DNA of 39,674 bases from Verrucomicrobiota bacterium (GCA_037141555.1 JBAXCI010000001.1:1-39674), one strand, 5' to 3'; counted from the stretch's first letter, positions 9,124 to 17,236 are shown. Numbers and translations: made by a program. The notes: a model not told the origin generated them from the sequence alone.

Positions 9124-9861
9124 TTACGGCTTCACTGCGCGGAAGGTGGCATTGGAAGGGGCGCGACGGTCCAGCAGCACGGCTTCCACCGTTCCCGTGC
9201 GCAGTTGCTCCTGGCGATGCTCGGCGATTTGCTCGGACCCGGGAAGCTCTCCCTCCTCGCGCGCCAGCGTCAGATGCCCCACGGTCCACGCCTCCAACGC
9301 AACGGGCAGCGCCTCGGCGCTCGACAAATGCGCGCATTTTTTCCCGCTCAGGAATTTTTCCATCATCCTGGTGGAATGCTCCTTGCCCGAGATCGCCGCG
9401 AACCGCTCCACCGCTCCCGCCTTGGTCTGGAAAGAGCCGTCGTAGTCCAAACGCAACAGCAGATCGGGTTCGCCGTTGCGGCCCAGCTCCGCGAAAAGCA
9501 TCCGCGCCAGAAAAGGCGGGCCGTAGATTTGCTCGAACGCGTTTTTGAGCACCGGGCTCAGCGAATAAGCGGCCATCCGGCGCAGCGAAACGTCGTTGGC
9601 AGACCGGTTAAATCCTTCCGCGCTTGCCACCTCGATCGCGCTCATCCGCAGCCGTTCGATGTCGCCGGGATGGCCGATCCCGCCCATGGCGATCCGGTCA
9701 TAAATCTCAAAGAGCTTCTGTTGCTCGCGGCTCACGGTGACGAAGAGCACGCCGTCCGCGCAACTGAGCGCGGCGATGGGACTCCCGGCGGCGAGCTGAT
9801 TTTCAATGTATTCGCGGCGGTTGGCAATCGCCTCGACCCAGCGGTATGGTTCTTCTGTCAT
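9124..9861 (-). CDS. prcA: Bacterial-type 20S proteasome alpha subunit
   Basis: 245 aa. ...GVLFVTVSREQQKLFEIYDRIAMGGIGHPGDIERLRMSAIEVASAEGF... and the C-terminal VEAVLLDRRAPSNATFRAV parallel actinobacterial PrcA (ELYDRVGFAAAG..., LEVAVLDANRPRRAFRRI). Its ATG overlaps the prcB TGA (ATGA at 9861-9858). Confidence 0.88.
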   Translation of the reverse strand: MTEEPYRWVEAIANRREYIENQLAAGSPIAALSCADGVLFVTVSREQQKLFEIYDRIAMGGIGHPGDIERLRMSAIEVASAEGFNRSANDVSLRRMAAYSLSPVLKNAFEQIYGPPFLARMLFAELGRNGEPDLLLRLDYDGSFQTKAGAVERFAAISGKEHSTRMMEKFLSGKKCAHLSSAEALPVALEAWTVGHLTLAREEGELPGSEQIAEHRQEQLRTGTVEAVLLDRRAPSNATFRAVKP

Positions 9862-10736
9862 TCGGTTTCGACCAGGGTAAGAGCGTTTTTGGGGAGCGAC
9901 TGGAGATCGCGTTGATAAGCCTTCACCAACACCGCCTCGGGCAGCGTGGAAATGCCGGATTGGTTGACGATTTTGACCAGCGGATAGACGCGTCCGTGGC
10001 GGTCCACCCCCCCGGTGGCAGTGTCGTTCTCCGCCGCCGTATCAAGCGCCCGCAATGCCATGAGCACCGCCTCCTCCTCGTTCATCTTTGCCAGAGGACG
10101 CGGTCCGTAAGCGTTCGCGTATTGCAACACCGCCCGCACAGAGGGGGAGCCGGAACCGGAGGCCGCGAAGTCCGCCACCTCAAATTTTGCCCCCATCACG
10201 TCGTAGAAATAAAGGCGCGGCACGGCCTCCTCTGTATCATAGGCGGCAAAGAGCGGCACCACGACGCCCACCCCCTGCATCGCCATCCCGAGATTGTCGC
10301 GCAGCAGCTTGGAAAGCGCGCGCACCTTGCCGTCCATGCTCAACTCCTGGAGCTGGCTGCGGCGGTAAAACTGGAACGAATGCTCCAGCGTCCGCGCCAT
10401 TTCCCAAGCCGTCGCGGGCACCCCGGCAATCGCCATCAGGGAATGGCGGTCGATTTCAAGCACCTTGTCCGCGCGATCGTACACCACGAGATTGCCCGCC
10501 GTCGCCCGGCGATCCCCCGCCACGAGCACGCCGCTGCAAAACTTGAAGGCGAGAATCGTCGTCGCCTGCGTTTGCAACCCGGCGAGCAATGGGTTCTGCG
10601 CCTGGGCGGCTGCACTGGCCTGCACCGGAGTCGGCTCCGGGATCACCCCATAGCGGCGCAACACCGAGGTAAAATCGGGCATTGCCCCCGGGAGGTCCCC
10701 TCCCCCGCTCCCCGTTCCAAAGTTTTCCATACTCAT
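9858..10736 (-). CDS. prcB: Bacterial-type 20S proteasome beta subunit, with propeptide
   Basis: A propeptide of about 58 aa is followed by the catalytic N-terminal Thr context QA/TTILAFKFCSGVLVAGDRRAT. An alternative ATG at 10730 is preceded by GGAG. Confidence 0.9.
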   Translation of the reverse strand: MSMENFGTGSGGGDLPGAMPDFTSVLRRYGVIPEPTPVQASAAAQAQNPLLAGLQTQATTILAFKFCSGVLVAGDRRATAGNLVVYDRADKVLEIDRHSLMAIAGVPATAWEMARTLEHSFQFYRRSQLQELSMDGKVRALSKLLRDNLGMAMQGVGVVVPLFAAYDTEEAVPRLYFYDVMGAKFEVADFAASGSGSPSVRAVLQYANAYGPRPLAKMNEEEAVLMALRALDTAAENDTATGGVDRHGRVYPLVKIVNQSGISTLPEAVLVKAYQRDLQSLPKNALTLVETE

Positions 10737-10909
10737 TCTCCGGTGCGTTGGCGGTAGCGTTTGGATTGATCGGGATCGACTCTACGCATCCTCTTTAATA
10801 AATCCTTCGTGTCGGGTTTCGAGACATCGGGCGATTTTGGCCCACCGCTGTCTCCCTCTTTGGGCCCCCAAGGAGCAGGGGCAACCGGGCGTTGAGTCCT
10901 CTCTGGCAT
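10733..10909 (-). CDS. Ubiquitin-like modifier of the Pup/UBact type (58 aa, C-terminal Gly-Glu)
   Basis: Hand-translated base by base: ATG at 10909-10907 through TGA at 10735-10733 gives MPERTQRPVAPAPWGPKEGDSGGPKSPDVSKPDTKDLLKRMRRVDPDQSKRYRQRTGE. It is absent from the ORF track because it is shorter than 60 aa. The stop overlaps the prcB ATG (ATGA). It has a disordered P/G/K-rich N-terminal half and a helical basic C-terminal half ending in GE. Confidence 0.82.
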   Translation of the reverse strand: MPERTQRPVAPAPWGPKEGDSGGPKSPDVSKPDTKDLLKRMRRVDPDQSKRYRQRTGE

Positions 10910-10979
10910 AATCGGGTAGGGTTAAAAGTCCAAATTGCAGGGCTTGCCTTCGCTGCGCAGCCGTGAGAAAAGTAGAGCC

Positions 10980-11615
10980 ATGCACCGTTGGTTTCGTTTC
11001 TGCGCTGGGATCGCGCTTATGGCTTTTGCACAAAGCGCCATGGCACAATCGACTGCTTCAAACGCCCCTGGAAAAGCCGGGGCGGGCGACGAAGTACCGA
11101 TCTCCAAACACCAACTCAAAGCGACCCCCACGCAGATCCTGCAACACAACCTGGACCAGCAGGGCAAACAGATGGAACAATTGAGCGGGCTGATCGAGGC
11201 GCAGACCAAGCAAATCGAAGAGCTCACCAAGCGGGCCGAGTTGCAAACCAAGCAAATCGAGACCCTCAACGCCGACTTGAACCGCCTCACCGGCATCCTG
11301 CTCTCGCGCAACGCCGAGCCCGCCGCGCCCAGTTCCCAACAGCGCCCTGCGGCCGCTCCCACCGTCCAAACCGCCGAACCACCCGTAGCCAAAGCGGAAC
11401 CCGTTCCCGCAGAGCCCGAGGCGACCACGGCCCCCGACGGGACGCCCACCCACGTCATCAAGCGCGGCGAAAACCTCATTTCCGTCGCCCGCCAGCACGG
11501 CACGACGGTTTCCGAACTGCTCAAGCTCAACAAAATCGAAGACGAGCGAAAGCTGCAAATCGGCCAGACCCTTCTCCTCCCAAAACCCACCTCCCCCAAA
11601 ACAGATAGCCAATAG
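10980..11615 (+). CDS. Secreted coiled-coil protein with a C-terminal LysM domain
   Basis: Signal peptide MHRWFRFCAGIALMAFAQSAMAQS, a heptad-like region (QMEQLSGLIEAQTKQIEELTKRAELQTKQIETLNADLNRL), and LysM (THVIKRGENLISVARQHGTTVSELLKLNKIEDERKLQIGQTLLLP). Confidence 0.8.
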   Translation: MHRWFRFCAGIALMAFAQSAMAQSTASNAPGKAGAGDEVPISKHQLKATPTQILQHNLDQQGKQMEQLSGLIEAQTKQIEELTKRAELQTKQIETLNADLNRLTGILLSRNAEPAAPSSQQRPAAAPTVQTAEPPVAKAEPVPAEPEATTAPDGTPTHVIKRGENLISVARQHGTTVSELLKLNKIEDERKLQIGQTLLLPKPTSPKTDSQ

Positions 11616-11619
11616 CAAC

Positions 11620-12147
11620 ATGGACGATTCACCTAGATGGTTTCTCATGAAGCAGGCAGACGGCGCCGTATTCGGCCCGATGCCCCTCAGCCAACTCCGC
11701 CAATGGGCTCTGGATGCCTGCATTTCCCCGCTGGACAAAGTCTCCAGCGACGAAATCAACTGGATGAAAGCCCCGATGCTTCCCGAGTTGGACATGGATT
11801 TCCTCCTGGAGGTCGAACCCGGCCTTTTCTACGGCCCGACCACCATCGGCACCGTCCGCGAGTTTTTGACCAGCGGCGAAATCTCTTTGGAAGCCCTGCT
11901 CACCAACTGCCACACCGGCGAGCAAAAACCGCTGCGGGAATTCCCACAGATATTCCAAGCTCCAGAAAAGAAGAGCGATGCTCCGATCATCCGCGTGAGC
12001 GCCCGGGAAAATCTGCAAGCGCGCATCCGTCAACTCGAAGAAACCCTGCTCCACGAGCGGCTTTTGCGGAAAACCTCCGAAGAACTCCGGAGCAAGGCCG
12101 AAGCGCGCGTCGCCGAACTGGAAGATATTCTGGGAATCGGGGGCTGA
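11620..12147 (+). CDS. GYF_2 (DUF4339)-like domain protein with a C-terminal coiled coil
   Basis: RWFLMKQADGAVFGPMPLSQLRQWA... and a second similar segment (FYGPTTIGTVREFLTSGEISLEALL) resemble GYF_2 repeats. It starts 5 nt after the LysM gene stop. Confidence 0.6.
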   Translation: MDDSPRWFLMKQADGAVFGPMPLSQLRQWALDACISPLDKVSSDEINWMKAPMLPELDMDFLLEVEPGLFYGPTTIGTVREFLTSGEISLEALLTNCHTGEQKPLREFPQIFQAPEKKSDAPIIRVSARENLQARIRQLEETLLHERLLRKTSEELRSKAEARVAELEDILGIGG

Positions 12148-12181
12148 CATCCCCCTCGCCTGGCATTAGAATTTCACACAG

Positions 12182-12985
12182 ATGTTTTCCCGTATTTTAT
12201 TCCTACTCCTGCTGGCGGGAACGCCGTTCGCGACCGCAGCCCCTTCGCCGCTGACGGCGAGGGAACTTGCCGCCGTTACCAAGGTCGAATCGGTCTCCGT
12301 GCCGACTCCAGCCGAAGCGATGGCCGCCTTGGGCAAGGTCGCCAAGCCGAACTGGCAATCCCGCTACCGCGCCCCCATTCCCACCACCTTTTCCAACCGC
12401 GCGCAGATCGCCCTCAACATCGGCGGGCTCATCGCCGACGGCTACATCGCCGTGGAAGCCGAGGATGCCCAGCAAGTCAAAAACACCGGCAAAGACATCA
12501 TCGCTTTGGCCAAATGCCTCGCCATCAGCGAAACCGTCATCGCCAGGGGCAACAGCATCTTTGAATTCGCCGAGCGCAACGAGTGGAACACCCTCAAGGA
12601 AGAACTCGAAGCGACCCAAAACGACGTCAAACTCTCGCTCCAACAACAGCACGACGCAGATCTCGTCTGCCTGGTGAGCCTTGGAGCGTGGATTCGCGCC
12701 ACGGAGATCCTGAGCGGCTGGATCGCGGAAAACTACACCCCCGCCGCCGCCAAGCTGCTGCGCCAACCCGAGATCATCGCCCTCATGCGGGCCAAACTCG
12801 AGGGCCTGCCAGCCAAGGCCAAGGAAGACCCGCTCGTCGCCGACCTCATCACCGGGCTACCCGAGTTGGAGGCACTGGTCTCTTTTTCCAGCGACAAAAC
12901 GCCCACTCAAAACGATGTTAAGGCGGTGAAGGAAATTTCCACCAAGCTCATGAAACGCATTTCCACCAAACCCAACGCGAAATGA
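12182..12985 (+). CDS. Hypothetical secreted all-alpha protein
   Basis: Signal peptide MFSRILFLLLLAGTPFATAAP and good coding composition. No family recognised. Confidence 0.6.
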   Translation: MFSRILFLLLLAGTPFATAAPSPLTARELAAVTKVESVSVPTPAEAMAALGKVAKPNWQSRYRAPIPTTFSNRAQIALNIGGLIADGYIAVEAEDAQQVKNTGKDIIALAKCLAISETVIARGNSIFEFAERNEWNTLKEELEATQNDVKLSLQQQHDADLVCLVSLGAWIRATEILSGWIAENYTPAAAKLLRQPEIIALMRAKLEGLPAKAKEDPLVADLITGLPELEALVSFSSDKTPTQNDVKAVKEISTKLMKRISTKPNAK

Positions 12986-13013
12986 ATTCAGAAGAGGGAA
13001 GAAGAGAAATGTT

Positions 13014-13037
13014 ATCAGGAAATCAGGAAATCAGGAG
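13014..13037. repeat. Solo arm of the CAGGAA octamer repeat (atcaggaa x3)
   Basis: atcaggaaatcaggaaatcaggag lies in the short gap before the probable ATG at 13069. The unit is the same as at 27934-27957 and 35494-35507. No inverted partner is nearby. Confidence 0.75.
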
Positions 13038-13068
13038 AGGAAAGGGAATTTCGGTACGCACGGTTGCC

Positions 13069-13497
13069 ATGCTTTTCGTATGCGCCGCTGCCCTGCCAGC
13101 CTTCGGCGCGCCGGAACCGGCCAATTCGCCCACCGACGCCGAGGTCCAAGCGCGAGCCAGCGCCCTTGAAGTCGCGGGAGCTTTTTCCAACGAAGGCTTC
13201 AAAAGCCGCGACGGCCACACCTTCGGGAAAATCGCCACCAAGGAACCGAAGTTCATCCAGGTCAACCTGTACTCCGGCAACCAATACTGGTTCATCGCCG
13301 CCGCCAGCGGTCCCGCCAAACGGATCGCGGTCGCCGTCTTCGACGAGAAAGGGAAGTTCGTTCCCACCGAGCTTTACGAAAACAACGCCCAAGCGGCAGC
13401 GGGATTTTCTCCCCAGGCGAGCGGCCCCTACATCATCCGCGTCGAAGAACTCAGCGGCGAACCCGCCACCTTCTGCCTGCTTTACAGCTACAAATAG
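13069..13497 (+). CDS. Hypothetical secreted protein
   Basis: MLFVCAAALPAFGAPEP is a signal peptide. The track's longer ORF (from 12982) would translate the octamer repeat, so the start at 13069 is preferred. Confidence 0.6.
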   Translation: MLFVCAAALPAFGAPEPANSPTDAEVQARASALEVAGAFSNEGFKSRDGHTFGKIATKEPKFIQVNLYSGNQYWFIAAASGPAKRIAVAVFDEKGKFVPTELYENNAQAAAGFSPQASGPYIIRVEELSGEPATFCLLYSYK

Positions 13498-13509
13498 AGG
13501 GCAATCGCC

Positions 13510-13977
13510 ATGGAATCTGCCACAACGACCACCGAAAAAATCTCCGGGCCACGGGTCAAACAGTTCTCCGTATTCCTGCCCAACAAAGTCGGCGCCCTCT
13601 CGGAAATCGTCAAACTGCTCCATGAGCACAACATCGACGTTCTGGCCCTGGATGTTCAGGACTCGGCGGATTGCGCCATTGTCCGCATCGTCGTAAGCGA
13701 CCCGGAACAGACGCAGGAGCTTTTTGGGCTGCACGACATCCCGCTTGCCATGAGCAGCATCGTCGTCGTGGAACTGCGCGGAGGTGCCAGCGAACTGCCC
13801 AAACTCCTCGCCGCCCTGCTCATGGCCGAAGTCAACATCCACAGTTGCTACGGCCTTTTGACCCGTCCGCGCGGCAATACCGCCCTGGCCCTGCATGTGG
13901 AAGACAACGATTGCGCGGTCGCCGTCCTCACCAGCCACAGCTTCCGGGTTTTGAGTCAGCTCGATATTTCGCGTTAG
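13510..13977 (+). CDS. ACT domain-containing protein (tandem ACT)
   Basis: VKQFSVFLPNKVGALSEIVKLLHEHNIDVLALDV... and a second ACT-like half (IVVVELRGGASELPKLLAALLMAEVNIHSCY). Confidence 0.7.
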   Translation: MESATTTTEKISGPRVKQFSVFLPNKVGALSEIVKLLHEHNIDVLALDVQDSADCAIVRIVVSDPEQTQELFGLHDIPLAMSSIVVVELRGGASELPKLLAALLMAEVNIHSCYGLLTRPRGNTALALHVEDNDCAVAVLTSHSFRVLSQLDISR

Positions 13978-14064
13978 CTTGGTTCAGTGACACAGGCAAA
14001 GGAAAACTTTTTTCGGAAACTTGCCGCTTGATGGGGGAAGTTCCGTCCGGTACAGGTTAGGGCA

Positions 14065-14376
14065 ATGGCTGAAGTCCAATCCACCACTGTTTCCGGCGAG
14101 ATGACGCTGCGCTTTATTGAGTTCGTGCGACTGCACTCTCAAAACGCCGCGTTTTGCCTCGGCCTCATCCCCCACCCCACGACGGGCAAGGCGGAACCGA
14201 ATCTGGCGCTCGCGCGGATGCTCATCGACCAGCTCGCGGCCATTGCCCACAAAACCAAGGGCAATCTCACCGTGGACGAAGAAGCCGTGATCAACAACGC
14301 CCTCTCCAACTTGCAAACGGCTTACGTGGAGGCTCAACGCAACGCAAAGAACCCCGCAAACGACGCGGCTCAATAA
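14065..14376 (+). CDS. DUF1844 domain protein
   Basis: FIEFVRLHSQNAAFCLGLIPHPTTGKAEPNLALARMLIDQLAAIAHKTKGNL matches my recollection of the DUF1844 pattern. Confidence 0.65.
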   Translation: MAEVQSTTVSGEMTLRFIEFVRLHSQNAAFCLGLIPHPTTGKAEPNLALARMLIDQLAAIAHKTKGNLTVDEEAVINNALSNLQTAYVEAQRNAKNPANDAAQ

Positions 14377-14382
14377 AACAAC

Positions 14383-15201
14383 ATGGCGGCAAAGTCTCTT
14401 AAAATTGGGGCGCTCACCCTCGGCGGGCGCAAACCGGTATTCCTCCTCGGTCCGTGCGTCATCGAGTCCGAGGCGTTTGTGCGCCGGATGGGCAAAAAAC
14501 TCAAAGCCATCTGCGACGACCTCGACGCGCAATTCATCTTCAAGGCTTCCTACGACAAGGCCAACCGCACCTCGGTCGATTCCTTCCGCGGGATGCCACC
14601 GCGCGACGGGTGCGAGCTGCTCGCCTCCATCGGAGCCGATCTCGGCGTGCCCGTGACCACCGACGTGCATTCGCCCGAGGAGGCGCATATCGCCGGGGAA
14701 TACATCGATGTGCTCCAGATTCCCGCGTTTCTCTGTCGCCAGACGGACCTGCTCCGGGCAGCCGCCGAGACAGGCCGCGTGGTGAACGTCAAGAAGGGGC
14801 AGTTCCTCGCGCCGTGGGACATGAAAAACGTCGCGAAAAAGCTCGAACGCTTTGGCTGCCACAAATTCTTTTTTACCGAACGCGGGGTCACTTTTGGCTA
14901 TAATAATCTTGTGGCCGACATGCGTTCGTTGTATTGGTTAAGAGAAGGCGGTTACTTGGTCATGTTTGACGCAACTCACTCCGTTCAGCGCCCCGGCGGC
15001 GCAGGAGAAACCACTGGTGGCGACGGCGTTCTCGCTCCGGTGCTCGCACGCGCGGCAGTCGCCGCGGGCTGTGATGGTGTTTTTATCGAAACCCACGAAA
15101 ATCCCGCCAAAGCTCTCTCGGATGGGCCCAATCAAATCCCGCTGGCGAAATTGCCCGCGTTGTTAAAGAAGCTGATAGCGATCCATGACTTGGCGCGATA
15201 A
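14383..15201 (+). CDS. kdsA: 3-deoxy-8-phosphooctulonate (KDO-8-P) synthase
   Basis: GPCVIES..., FKASYDKANRTS, and QIPAFLCRQTDLL are conserved KdsA blocks. Confidence 0.95.
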   Translation: MAAKSLKIGALTLGGRKPVFLLGPCVIESEAFVRRMGKKLKAICDDLDAQFIFKASYDKANRTSVDSFRGMPPRDGCELLASIGADLGVPVTTDVHSPEEAHIAGEYIDVLQIPAFLCRQTDLLRAAAETGRVVNVKKGQFLAPWDMKNVAKKLERFGCHKFFFTERGVTFGYNNLVADMRSLYWLREGGYLVMFDATHSVQRPGGAGETTGGDGVLAPVLARAAVAAGCDGVFIETHENPAKALSDGPNQIPLAKLPALLKKLIAIHDLAR

Positions 15202-15205
15202 TTTG

Positions 15206-15751
15206 ATGGACCGGCATTTCACCAGATCCCGCACGGTGCTGAAACTGGCATTGGCCATGCTCGTGCTTGCAATGGGATGCGGCCCGATGGAGGCAAAGAC
15301 GAAGAAAAACAGGAAAAGCGATTTCCCGACGCCCACACCTTCTGACAAACCGGCCAAGGGAGAGAAAGATTTCGACGTGCCGATCCCGATCAATCACGAC
15401 GCCAAGGGAGTCCGCATTCCCATCTACACCGATGGCGCGCTCCAGATGATGTTTGAGAGCGAAATCGCCTTCCGCGTCGATGCGCGGCAACTCCGTTTGA
15501 CGCAACTCAAAATCGAAACTTACGACGAAAGCGGAAAGCCGGAAATGTCCATCGACATGCCCAAATCCCTGTTCGATTTGAAAACCCGGGTATTTACCAG
15601 CATCGATCCCGTGACCGTCCGGCGGACGGATTTTGAAGTCACCGGAGGGAACATGACCTTTGACACAGAGACGCGCCTGGGGAAATTCACCGGCCCGGTC
15701 CGTATGTTGATCTATAAACCCGACGATGGCGAGAGCGCTCCCAATGAATAA
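15206..15751 (+). CDS. lptC: LptC-like LPS export periplasmic protein (lipoprotein-like signal)
   Basis: Its position between kdsA and the lptA/lptB genes, the signal LALAMLVLAMGCG, and a beta-jellyroll-like repeat pattern (GNMTFDTETRLGKFTGPVRM). The assignment rests mainly on context. An alternative start lies at 15185. Confidence 0.55.
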   Translation: MDRHFTRSRTVLKLALAMLVLAMGCGPMEAKTKKNRKSDFPTPTPSDKPAKGEKDFDVPIPINHDAKGVRIPIYTDGALQMMFESEIAFRVDARQLRLTQLKIETYDESGKPEMSIDMPKSLFDLKTRVFTSIDPVTVRRTDFEVTGGNMTFDTETRLGKFTGPVRMLIYKPDDGESAPNE

Positions 15752-15770
15752 TCTGAACCTCCACTGCAAC

Positions 15771-16469
15771 ATGAAATGGGCGTTTATCGCCCTCTCCGCA
15801 TCCCTTCTTTCGGCATCCAGCTTATTGGCCCAGAATGGCTTCCGGGTATCCACGGAAACGGGCTTGGAAACTGGGAGCGATGCACCAAAACCGGTCGGCG
15901 ACAAAAAGCCGAAACCGGCTCCCGTGGCTGCGGTGGAGAAAAAGGCGACGGAGATCACATGCACCGGGGAAACGACTTTTGACGCGAAAGCGGGCATGGT
16001 GGTTTTCATCAAGGAAGTCAAAGTCAATGATCCCCAATTTGGGCTGACAGCGGACAAACTGACCGCCTATCTCAAAAAAGCTGCCAAGGAAGTCGCCAAA
16101 GACGGGACCGCCACCCCTTCGCCGACGCCTGTGGCTTCACCAACTCCCGCAGCCAAGACCGACGGCTCGCCCGCCAGCGGTTTGGAACGCGCCGTCGCGG
16201 AGGGCAACGTCGTGATCTCCCAAGACAAGGTGGATGAAAAAACCGGCGAGATCACCCATTACATCGGCAAGGGAGCCAAGGCGGATTTCAATGCCATTAC
16301 CAACGAAATGACCCTTTCAGGATGGCCGCAAATCCAGCAAGGGTTCAACACCCAGGTTGCCACCGAGGAAAACACCGTCATGATCATGGACAAGGACGGC
16401 CATCTTCACACCAAAGGCCCGAGCATGACCGTCATCAAGTCCGAGACCAAGCCCGCTAAAACACCGTGA
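15771..16469 (+). CDS. lptA: LptA/OstA-like periplasmic LPS transport protein
   Basis: Signal MKWAFIALSASLLSASSLLAQ, OstA_N-like strands (ITCTGETTFDAKAGMVVFIKEVKVNDPQFGLTADKLTAYL; AVAEGNVVISQ...ADFNAITNEMTLSG), and a position upstream of lptB. Confidence 0.7.
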   Translation: MKWAFIALSASLLSASSLLAQNGFRVSTETGLETGSDAPKPVGDKKPKPAPVAAVEKKATEITCTGETTFDAKAGMVVFIKEVKVNDPQFGLTADKLTAYLKKAAKEVAKDGTATPSPTPVASPTPAAKTDGSPASGLERAVAEGNVVISQDKVDEKTGEITHYIGKGAKADFNAITNEMTLSGWPQIQQGFNTQVATEENTVMIMDKDGHLHTKGPSMTVIKSETKPAKTP

Positions 16470-17236
16470 GCACCGCTTCTGCAACTCCCCAACCGACCGC
16501 ACCGACGACTCTTGAGCCGATCCTGAGGACGGAAAAACTCGTTAAAATTTACGGTGGCCGCGCTGTGGTCAACGGCGTGGAAATCAACATCAAGCCCGGC
16601 GAAGTCGTCGGCGTGCTCGGCCCCAACGGAGCGGGAAAAACCACGACGTTTTACATGGTGGTCGGCCTCGTCCGGCCCAACGGCGGCCGGGTGATTTTCA
16701 AAAACGAAGACGTCACCGATTTCCCCATGCACCGCCGCGCGCGGATGGGGATGGGGTACCTGCCTCAGGAAGAATCGATCTTCCGCAAGCTCACAGTCGA
16801 GGAGAACATCATGGCCATCCTCGAAACCACCGGCAAAAACAAACGGGAGCGCCGGCAGCGGTGCGAGGAATTGCTCGAGCAGTTTGGCATCGAACACGTC
16901 GCCAAACAGCAGGCATTGACGTTGAGCGGCGGCGAGAAACGCCGGTTGACCATCGCCCGCTCGCTGGTGAGCAACCCGAGCTTGCTGATGTTGGACGAAC
17001 CGTTCAGCGGCGTCGATCCCATCGCCGTTTACGACGTGCAGCAGATCATCGTCAACCTGCGCAAGACCGGCCTGGCGATCCTCATCACCGACCACAACGT
17101 CCGGGAGACCCTCTCCATCGTCGACCGCGCCTACCTCGTCTTTGAAGGACGGATCGAGAGCGAAGGCTCGAAAGAGTTCTTGGTCAATGACCCGATCAGC
17201 CGCCAGTTGTATCTGGGCGAACGCTTTTCAATGTAG
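16466..17236 (+). CDS. lptB: LPS export ABC transporter ATP-binding protein
   Basis: Walker A GPNGAGKTT, signature LSGGEKRR, Walker B LLMLDEPF, and the LptB-type C-terminus. The GTG start overlaps the lptA stop (GTGA). Confidence 0.92.
   Translation: MSTASATPQPTAPTTLEPILRTEKLVKIYGGRAVVNGVEINIKPGEVVGVLGPNGAGKTTTFYMVVGLVRPNGGRVIFKNEDVTDFPMHRRARMGMGYLPQEESIFRKLTVEENIMAILETTGKNKRERRQRCEELLEQFGIEHVAKQQALTLSGGEKRRLTIARSLVSNPSLLMLDEPFSGVDPIAVYDVQQIIVNLRKTGLAILITDHNVRETLSIVDRAYLVFEGRIESEGSKEFLVNDPISRQLYLGERFSM

Noticed and set aside
9062-9337. N-terminal extension of the kdgK ORF (the track starts it at 9337)
   Set aside because: The extension overlaps the 3' end of prcA, is Arg/Ala/Gly-rich junk, and the kinase family begins at MSDVVTFGEIMMRL (ATG 9061).
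10733-10909. Classification of the small ORF as canonical actinobacterial Pup
   Set aside because: It lacks the acidic helical region and the ...YVQKGG(Q/E) terminus. The basic LLKRMRRVDP...RYRQRTGE tail fits the UBact branch instead, so it is called Pup/UBact-type rather than Pup.
10782-11048. An 88-aa minus-strand ORF overlapping both the UBact ORF (in a different frame) and the start of the LysM gene
   Set aside because: It has no recognisable motif and a Cys/Arg-rich composition. It conflicts with two better-supported genes. The 58-aa frame ending in RYRQRTGE and coupled to prcB explains the region better.
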